From Octopus sinensis (Eukaryota), in assembly GCF_006345805.1 (NCBI RefSeq), contig NC_043022.1, forward strand, positions 17,422,001-17,486,000: 64,000 bases of DNA, in the 5' to 3' direction. The position numbers and the translations under genes are program-made. The notes under the pieces were generated by a model. It saw only the letters and a program-made list of their open reading frames with translations. It was not told where the DNA came from and ran no database searches. Position 1 is the stretch's first letter. Every line of letters begins with the position of its first letter. This document shows positions 51,691-62,354 of the stretch, piece by piece.

Positions 51691-54600
51691 CCTGGCGCCC
51701 GTGCCGGTGGCACATAAAAAGCACCATCCGATCGTGGCCGTTTGCCAGACTCGTCTGGCACGTAAAAAGCACCCACTACACTCATGGAGTGGTTGGCGTT
51801 AGGAAGGGCATCCAGCCGTAGAAACATTGCCAGATCAAACTGGGCCTGGTGCAGCCTTCTGGCTTCCTAGACCCCAGTTGAACCGTCCAACCCATGCTAG
51901 CATGGAAAGCGGACGCTAAACGATGATGATGATGATGATGATGATATATATATTTATATATATATATATATATGTGCGCCTTTAACAGGGCAAACCAGAA
52001 TTTTTTCAAAAGGGATCTGTGAGCTGGGTTCAATCAAAGATGATTGAACCCAACTTGTGAAATCCTGTTTAAAACAATTCAGGCATGCACTGTTGTGTTC
52101 ACTTCTTTACCTACACTTTCATTTTGTATCATGAAATCTTTGTCTTCAAAGACTGTCCTTCATTGGGCCAAACAGATTGAAGTTGAAAGGTTCCAGATCT
52201 GGACTGTATGGCAGATGGTGGACCAGGGCCTGCCTACTCCACTTTGCTAAGTGCTCAATTTGTTGCCACAGCTATGTGCTTTTGCATGGGGATCGTTTTC
52301 AGATTCTTTTTTCAGATTCGTTTTCAGATTCTTTTTTCATCCTAATGGTTTCCCTGTGTTTTTTGATTGTCTCAATGTATTGCTCACTATTCATGGCAGT
52401 TAAATTCCAGAAAATCCAAGAGAATGACACCGTTACCATCCCAAAAAGCAGTGACTGTAGTGTTCTTTGCTGATCACTGGCTCTTGAACTTCTTAGGCCT
52501 TGGAGAGGAAGTGTAACATCCATTTCGCAGAAAGCCTTCATTTCTGGATCATAAAAATGTAGCCACATATCATGTGTTATCACCAGATAACAAAAAATGC
52601 TATCTTCATTGGTCTGGGAAGCTTCCAGTAGACCAGAGCAAGCTTCCATACTTGTTGTCTCCTTCAAATTAAGTGTTAACTGCTGAAGCACCCACAATTC
52701 TTCTAAGCACAGTCCAGTTGTGCAACAAACTCACATTCTGAAACTTAGTTTGTCCCCAACTATTGATTTGTTCACTCACTGGTGAGTCATATCGGTGCTT
52801 ACAATTGATTAGTTTATCTTCAATGCTGGTTCCCCTTCTTTAAACTTCATCCATCTGAGCACAAAGTCATTGTTAATGGTGCCATCTCCGTACACAAACA
52901 ACAGTCTTCTGTGGATGTCAGACAGCCTGTGACCTTCCTTCATCAAGAACCCAGTGATGACACTGTGTTTTTGTTTGGAACCCATTATGCCTGAAATGAA
53001 GAAGAACAGGAAGAAGGGTTACAAAAGAGGATGAGTTACTCTCTGCCAACATGTGCAATTTGAATGACTTCAGTCGGTTCATAAAAAGATTATGTTCACT
53101 TTTGCAATACTTTCAGTATACCCCTTATATGTTAACAAAGCATCAACAACAGTTCCTTCTAAGCTGTATACATGCGACACACACCAACAATATACCAGTA
53201 AGGGTAATTACAACACCCTAACAAAGAGAGCAATTTTTGTTCTTGTAGCATTAACAATGCCATATAGCAGTGTGTGTGTTTTTATTTCACTTCACAAAAC
53301 TGTTTAACCATAGAGTGCAATATGAAAATCATATTAATATTTGAGTTACATTTTAGAGTTGAAAAAACTGTTAAAACTGACATTAAGAACATGTACAACA
53401 ACTTAAAATATTTGTTAATACCAACGACAAAAAGTGCTTTTTGTGTACAGAAATCAAAAGTAGTGACTTAGATGAAATGATGTAGAATTCATGGAAGAGA
53501 GACACTCAAAAGACATCTCAATCAATCAACAAAATTAAGTAGACTTATTATGCACTGCTTACAATTTTCATGAATTCTTCAAGAGCCCAGGGTCATATGG
53601 CAGAATACTTTCATGTCACGGATCATTAATTCAGCAAAGATTTAATATTTTGAATGTTTTGCAAAAGGTGATAAATATTTGCAATACTTCTTATAATTGC
53701 AAACAAAAGTACTCTTTTAGTTAAAAAAAAAAAATGGTTAATGTTATATATCAAATTTGATTCCACTCAAAACAAGTTATGAAATGCCTGCTAGAATAAA
53801 TTATCATCAGCAAGCAATAGTAAAGCAATTTTTACATAAATGGTTTAAGAATTATATTCTTAACCTATTGGATCTGCAACAGCATTGCTGCAGAAAGGAA
53901 TTTCATATTCCTCAGACTAACATCACATTACTCACCAGGCAAATCTATGCAATAACAAAACCTGATAAAGCACTGCTTCTGATGAAAGATACAAAAATAC
54001 TTCCTTGATTTGTATAGAGAATAATTTTCAGATGATCAGAAAGGAAGCCTGATCTGAGAAAATTACTGAAATCACAAAATATGTGACGTGCAGACCATTT
54101 AGGATACCTTTTTGTGAAAGAATTAATTAAACATTATAAAATACTACTAGTTCAATATTTCTAAAGATAAATATTATTTGAAGAGTTTACAAAATTGTTT
54201 TTTCTAGTAGAAGAAATGTTTTGGATAAATTTTTAAAAATTTGTTGAGATTTTACAGAGTTTTATTATATAACTACATGTTTCTAATTTGCTATGAGGTT
54301 GTAACGATACCATTGTGAAGATGGTAAACTGAAACAGAAAGATAAACTTCAAATATTAATATTACAACAATGAAAAGCAACCCAACAAAGGAGGTGACTC
54401 TACACTCAACTTGCGAAAAATAGTAGCCAAATTACCTCTACATTACAGCCTACTGTCTTGGGGAAAAGGGAGATACAATGTCCCTAATATGCAATGGCAA
54501 GAGGATGGTCATAGTTTGACCACCCTATGGCACAAGTTTGCTTAGTCAGGACTGACATGAAACTAAGCAATAATAATGAAGGAATCTGAGATCAAATGTA

Positions 54601-57600
54601 TCAAGTACACAACCTGAAATTCTTGTGCACAAGAAGATTTCTAATTGAATTTCTGCTGATAAGGAAAACTCATCAGAAACAAAAGCAGAGTCAAATAGCA
54701 AAATTGGCAGACTGAAAATATTCTGGAAATATGCTGCAACTTGGTCATTCTCAATTATCCAAAGTTGAAATTTACAATTTATGAAATCTCTAAGCCACAT
54801 TTTATTATTTGATGAAGAATAAATTAGAGGCTTATTTGTATAAAAAGTCTGTGCGTTAATTTTTTATCTAGCTGCTGCAGTTTAACCTTTTCCTTACCAA
54901 AATCATACATGGTCATCTGTTATCAAACCATCCATCAGAATTTACTGGTTTAAATCAAAATACCAACATAAATTGTTAATTTACCTGTGTTGGTATTTTA
55001 ACCCTATTGTGCCATATTCCTGATAAAACAGAAATGGCCAACACAAAATCCCTACCAGATTCCCATTGAAGCTGTAATGAACAACACATAGAAAAAGATA
55101 AAATACTCAAAATAGACAACCAATCATGTTGCAGTTTTGTAGTCAAGTGTGTTCATGATTCATAGTTAATGGTGTCCCCATATAACTGTCTTATTTTTTT
55201 AAATATAATTTTTAATAGAAGGAAAAGGTTGGGGGGGGGGAAGCACTGAAACAAGCATGTAACAAACTTAGCACTTCAACTGGTAAACAAGCAAAGGCCT
55301 ACACTCTTTACAGTTGATGAAATTACTGATGGTGTTTATTCTTCAGATGAAAAGTTTACACTTATGCAGACAATGAAAGTGATTCAATCAGACTGGTGAA
55401 AGTTGAGGAAAGTAGCAATTTGGGTTAACAAATACAATAGCTGAGAGACAGGCTTATTAATGTGGTATTCCTGAATTTTTTTTTTTTTTGTGATTCTGTC
55501 CATTAGTTTGTCTGTAATGAACAAATATGTAGTTGAGAGATATTGTTATTCTCCTGAATGTTTTTGCGATTAGTTTGTCGGTAATCATTACTTGAGTTGC
55601 ATATGCAAGTAGTTATTTTTTTGCTCAGGAGCCCAGATGGAGGGTAAAGTTAGACACAGGGGACCAGGGTTGAGAGGGTAAATAACTTAATATATAATTT
55701 CACTAAATAAATGCCAGTTGTACACAATCTGACGTTGATAAGGGGTTCATTTTATCTCTTTGGAATTTGGCTGTTTTGAAATAAAAACCATTGCTTTCTT
55801 TATGAACTTTGAATGTTTCAATTTACAATAATATTTAAAACACATCAGTAAAAGTGGTGATTTCCAGAAAGAAGACTGATAACTTTATAAATATTTATTT
55901 TCCAAAAATTTCAGGAAACTTGGACCCAATAAGTCATTCTGAAAATCAATTGGCTATCTACTTTTGTTTATTCCAATTCAGTGATGGAGACTTATTCCTA
56001 TGCAAAATGTAAACTAAAGAAAAAACAGTGAACTTCATAAATCAGGATATTTCTGCATTTACCATTAATATGTAATTTCAGAAGCTATAAAAAATAATTT
56101 GCTTAGCACATTTTGTCTGGACCAAAACCACACATCATCTCCAAACACTCTTGTTTCCTGTGACTTTAGAGATTTTCTATTTGTAACTTGACATCACAAG
56201 ACAGCTAATCAATATACATGATTCTAGGTTGAGACTCCCCATGGCTCAGAATGAGCTCATTCATTAATTCATCTTTGCTTCAGTAGCAGTGACCGGTATA
56301 TCTTGTGCTCTACTCTTGGGGATATTTCCAGAATCCTCTTCTTTTGTCAGATATCATTTCCACAACTTGTCAAGAACAGTATACAACATACATGTATAAG
56401 TCCCATCAAGCTTGCTTTCTACCATTTTTGTCTGAGTCCATGTAAACAGTAAAGAGAAACTGATTCAACCATGGCTCTGAAGAATTCCCTTTCCATTCAG
56501 TCAGGCAGTGTAGACTTCCAAATTGTTTCTAATTCATTCCATGCTTTTGCTATGTAGATTAATACATGTTTTCAATACATATCACTTCTGAGATAAGTAA
56601 ATCATTCGTCTTTCTTCAGAGGTATTCTGCTCAATGAGGTGACCTGGCCACACTGGTTAAACTATATGCATTCAGTCTTCAAATATTCACATCAAGGCCA
56701 ATCCTGGAAGCTGCCTCTTCTACTGCATGCAGAAGTTTTTCAACATCTGTTACCTTGTCAGCAAATAGTGCAAGGTTCTGTGCAAAATCAGCATCAGCGA
56801 TTTCCCTGGCTGGATATCTTGTTTCTTGCTTTCTATAGAATAAAACCAATGTTACTGTGAAAATCAATGGACATACACAGAACAGAGTCCAGTATTATGA
56901 TGAATATGTTTATCATCAAATAAAATAATACTGGCTCATTTTATGTGGTAATACTTATACAAACTTTAAATAACTTTACATTTCATTGACTTTAATCTGC
57001 ACCATCCGATAATTAGAATAATTTTGAAACAAAAATTCTGCAACAGATTTGCCTAAGAATCCTTTGAAGTAAAAGTAAGAAATAAAGTAGCTCAAAGGTT
57101 AAAGTTGATCTTAACTTTGTTTATTCCTTCTGAAATAAATAGAGTTACGGTCAGCTGAAAAATAAGTTAATGATAATTCATGCTGACAGTGAAAATAGAG
57201 TCAGGGATGATTATTATTTAAACATTGTAATTAAATTCATGTTTTTTTTTTTGTTTGTTTTTTAAAGTTGCTTCTTTACATTTCTTTTGATATGTTCGAG
57301 TCTTGACCACTTGAAATCTTGTTTGAGTTTTCCATTACAAAGACTGAGCCTTAATTTCAGGGTCATAGATTCACTATTTGTCATCTTATAGCCATATCTG
57401 AAAAGTTTCTTTCTTCCTCAACACAATCAAAGAGATCCTGCACAGCTGAATCTTGATCTTTCTGAGACAACCACATTCTACACACTGGACTTCCAAGCAC
57501 CGCTATGAACAATGCAAGTGAATGAGAATGGTGTAACTTAGTGTGAATTTGCAACATATGTAAATTAATATCTTTTATAGTAATTTGGAATTTTATACCA

Positions 57601-60600
57601 TTTTTGTTTTGTAAATTGTCTCCTTGTAGAAAATACTTAACCAAAAAAATCAACTGTCCGTGTGTCACTTGTAATGTGATGTAGGCATAAGCAAGAAACT
57701 TCTTGCTAATACAGAGTACATAACAATAAATACCTAAATCATTTGGCCAAGCATCACAATATAAACTCTTAATTTTGAATGAATGTCACCAAAATGATGA
57801 ACACAATCATTTTGGCTTTCAGTTACAATATTCAACACTGATGCGTGTGTGTGTAATATCTGACGACAAGCAATATCTTGAGGAAACTTCATTAAACAAT
57901 GTATAAACTCAAACTTAAAGTAAACTCAAAGCTTGCAACCAAGTTTTAACAAGTTTTAATTCATTCATGTTGCCAAATGTCCTTTAGGAAGGCAAAAAAT
58001 AAACATAACAGTTTCTATTTCTCCTCTTCTACAACTCACAGAATTTCAATATGTAAATTTGACTGTAGATAAAATAGAAGCAGTCCCCCCTCTTTTTTTT
58101 TATACAAATATGCAAAAATAGGTCTTCAGTGGTAGGTACCCCAATGCTACAATTTACAGATTGCTACCAACAGTGTAACAACAAAATAACTATATGGTGC
58201 CTGTTGCTACAGGTGACAAGTATTTAAACAATAAGGACAACACCCCAGAAAATATAGCTAAATCAGAAACAAACAAAATAATCTTAATAACTCACCTGTT
58301 CCTCTTCCGTAGGAGGTATATAAGCCAAAGGATCTTGAGGTTTGTCAACCAAAATAAAAGAAAAAAGTTTTAAGTCTTCAGGTATTTTGCTTGAAGGCAC
58401 AAACAGTGCCAACATTTCTTCTCGACCATAACGGTAATCAGCTAGCTTAAATTTCCCCAAACCTGGAGAGGAAGGTGGGGTGCCCATGCTGCTTGCTTTC
58501 TGCAGCCTGAAAAAAGAAATCAAGTTTAACATTAAAACAAGGTACTAAAACAAAGTAAGCCAAAAAATTATATCAACTATTAAGATTTCAAATATCACAG
58601 TAATTACAGGCCATCCCTACTTTCATTCTTTCGTTTAGGCAAAAATAAATCATCTATCTATATAATACTAAAACTATGTGATAGCTTGCTTGCATGCTTG
58701 TCAGTAATTTAATACAGCCAAACCAGCACACAATGGAAAAATACTCTGAAAGTGAGGTAGCCCTGAAATGTGAAAACAAAGAGGATAAAACAAGTTTCAC
58801 GTAAATTGGACCACGAGTCCCTGGGATATGCAATTTTACAGGTACCTTTATGATTGCATGCTTGCTTGCGTGCGTGCGTGCTTGTCTGTAATTTAATAAA
58901 GCCAAACAAGCACATAATCGGAAAATACTTTGAAAGTAGGGTACCACTGAAATGTGGGATCTTTACGTCTTGACCGACAGATTTTAAAATAATTTTTTGT
59001 AACTAAACACTTTCAGACTTCGGACACTGGTAGAATGTCTCATATTAAATATCTTTTACTCTTAGCATTTTTGAGAAAAACTTATATTTACGAAGTTATT
59101 TCACATTAAAGTTGTTGTATTTCGGTAATTTCAGCCAATCAATGACATGTATTCAGCTGAATAAAGTTACCACCTTTGTTTGTCAACAACTATCAGTGGT
59201 GTATTTTTCGTTTGTCACTGTTATGACATCGTTCATGCATTTGTACTGGTTTTAGCTTTAAGGTTTTAGGGTTAGGGTTGTCATAAATAACAGTGACAAA
59301 CGAAATATACACCACCGGAAGTTCTTGTTGACAAACAACAGCACTAATTTTATTCAGTTGAATACACGTCATTGATTGGTTGAAATTACCGAAATAGGAC
59401 AACTTTAACGTGAAATAACTTTGTAAATATAAGTTTTTCTCAAAAATGCTAAGAGTAAAAGATGTTTTATATGACACATTCTACCAGTGTCCGAAGTTTG
59501 AAAGTGTTTAGTTACAAAAAATTATTTTTTACATCTGTCAGTCAAAAGGTAAAGATCCGAAATGTGAATACAAACGGAATAAAACAATTTTAACGTAAAT
59601 CAGACCACAGGTTCCCAAGATACATGGTTTTTTTCAGGCACCTTGAACTGTTGGTGACCCAACAGATCACAGGAAGTATTTCTTAAAATATAAACATACA
59701 AACTTTATGACATGTCATAATTCTAAAGCAAATCAAATTTTGCAGATCAAAATTAGATCAGTTTTTGTTTTCTATACCCATGACAGAAAAACTAATAAAA
59801 CTTAGCTCATATGGAATCATTTAAAGGAAAAATAAGAAATAAAATTTATAATGAATGGAGAAAACTGAAATTCAGTATTCTCAATTATTTTCTCTACTTG
59901 GGTTGAAATAGCAATATAAACACATCAGTTCCACAGAATAAGAGTCCTGAATATTAAAATGTACAGGAAAGATTTTAAAATCCATACATAATGCCTAAAA
60001 TTTGTCAAAGGCTGTCACAGATCACATTGCTATCGACTTTTTCCTTTAGTCATCATCATCATCGTTTAACATTGGTTTTCCATACTGGAATGGGTTGGAC
60101 TGTTTGACTGAGGTCTGGGAAGCCAGGAGGCTGCACCAGGCTCCAGTCTGATCTGGCAGTGTTTCTACAGCTGGATGCCCTACCTAACGCCAACCACTCT
60201 GAGAATGTAGTGGATGCTTTTTACATGCCACCGGAACAGGGGCCAGAGGAGGCTGGCATCGGTCACGTTTTGATGGTGCTTTCTACATGCCACCAGCACA
60301 GGGATCATAACTACAATTTCCGTTTGATTTTGATGTACTTGACTCAATAGGTCTCCTCAAGCACAGCATGTCACCCTACGATCCAGAGTACTTTTGAATG
60401 GGCTGGTTATGCAACATTGGTGTTGGTTTCAGCTGTGAACCCACTTTATTTGTCAGGTCTTCGCAGTCACAGCATATCTCCAGAGGTCTCGGCCTTTTGT
60501 CATTGCCTCTGTGAGGCCCAACATTTGAAGGTCATGCTTCATCACCTCATCCCATGTCTTCCTGGGTCTACCTCTACCCTGGATTCCTTCAACTGTTAGG

Positions 60601-62315
60601 GAGTGGCACTTCTTCACACATATCTCCTCGTCCATCTGTAGTACATGACCATACCAGCACAAATGTCTCTCTTGCACACCACATCCGATGCTCCTTATGT
60701 CCAACTTTTCTCTCAGAGCGCTTACACTCTGTCGTGTGTGCACACTGACATTACATCATGCTAGCTTCATTTCTTTCCAGTCTACACAAATCCTCAGCAG
60801 TTACAGACCATGTTTAACTGCTGTGAATCATGGCAGTTCACACACATACATCGTACAATCTACCTTTCAATCTGAGTGAGAGGCCCTCTGTCACCAGTAG
60901 GGTAACTTTGCCCAGGCTATTCTTATTCTAGTGATAACACTCTCTGAGCATCCACTCCCATTACAGACTTGATCACATAGGTAGCGGAAGCTATCAACTA
61001 CTTCTAGTTTCTTCCCCTGGTATGTGATGGAATCTGTTTTCTGAGCATCTGTGGTGCTTATTTCCCCTGTGCATCTCCACACACAAAAGCTATCTTCCCA
61101 GTTAATCTTCCTTTGATGTTGCTGCACCTCTTGTGTCCATCTTATGGAGTTTCTAACTGCACCTTTTCTACAGATTGAGCAGGGCCATCTACCTGAAGGG
61201 GTGTGTGATATGTTCGCCTTCCTACTTACTAGAACTTTGGTCTTTGCAACACTGACTCTAAGGCCCTTCGATTCTAAACCTGGTTTCAACATCTGAAATT
61301 TATTCTCTAGTCTGGTAGTGATTCTGTGCTATGAGGGCCAGGTCATCAGCATAGAAGAGCTCCCAGGGGCAACCTGTCTTGAATTTCTCTGTTATTGCCT
61401 GGAGGACTATGATGAATAAAAGGGGACTGAGGGCTGATCCTTGGTGGACCCCTACTTCTACCTGAAATTCTTCACTATACTCATTGCCAACTCTAACCTT
61501 ACTAACGGCTTCTCTGTATAGGGCCTGTACAGCCCTTATTAACCATTCGTCAATCCCCAGTTTCTGCATCACCCACCAGATAAGGGATCAGGACCCCGTC
61601 AAAGACTTTCTCCAAGTCCACAAAAGCCAAGTATAAGGGTTTATCTTTGGTTAGGTATTTCTCCTGCAGTTGCCACACCAGGAATATAGCATCAGTGGTG
61701 CTACTACCTATCACAAAACTGAACTGCATCTCATTTAAGCAGACTCTCTAAATTAGTTGGGCTATGACCCTCTCCTTGACTTTCATCACCTGATCCAGCA
61801 GTTTGATACCCCTGTAGTTATTTCTATCTAAAGCACCACCATTACCCTTGTAGCAGTTGACTATGGTGCTGCTATGCCAGTCATTGGGTATGACTCCATC
61901 ATGAACTTCCTGGTTTAATATGCAGGTGACTAGGCCATAGCCCACACCACCAGATGTTTTAAGCATCTCAGCAGTGATCCCTGATGGGCTGGGGACTTTT
62001 CCTGGTTTCATACCCTTAATTGCTTTATCTACCAGGTAGCTGTCTATTCAGATAGTACTTGTTGAAATCAAATTAAACAAATTGGAGGAAACTAAAAAAA
62101 AAATTTTTTTTTCCATTTTTTTGTGCATTTTTCAGTAGAACAGATTTTGAATTTAACATTAGTTACATTGGAAACCTTACTTTATGTTCACTACAGCCAT
62201 GTTACATATATCACATGACAGGAAATGCATCAAGTTCCTGATAAACATGAAATTTTCTATATTTCAATCAAAATAACAGTATGAACAAACCCTTCTCGTT
62301 CTTTCTCTCACTATA

Positions 62316-62354
<39 letters not shown>

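Noticed and set aside
53570-54060. Possible decayed CR1 RT (KSPGSYG, QQHCCRK)
   Set aside because: Motif matches are too weak to support by eye.
57381-57668. 95-aa minus-strand ORF as an extra GIGYF exon
   Set aside because: Exons 2 and 3 join in phase without it, and the adjacent frames give mariner YDPE motifs.
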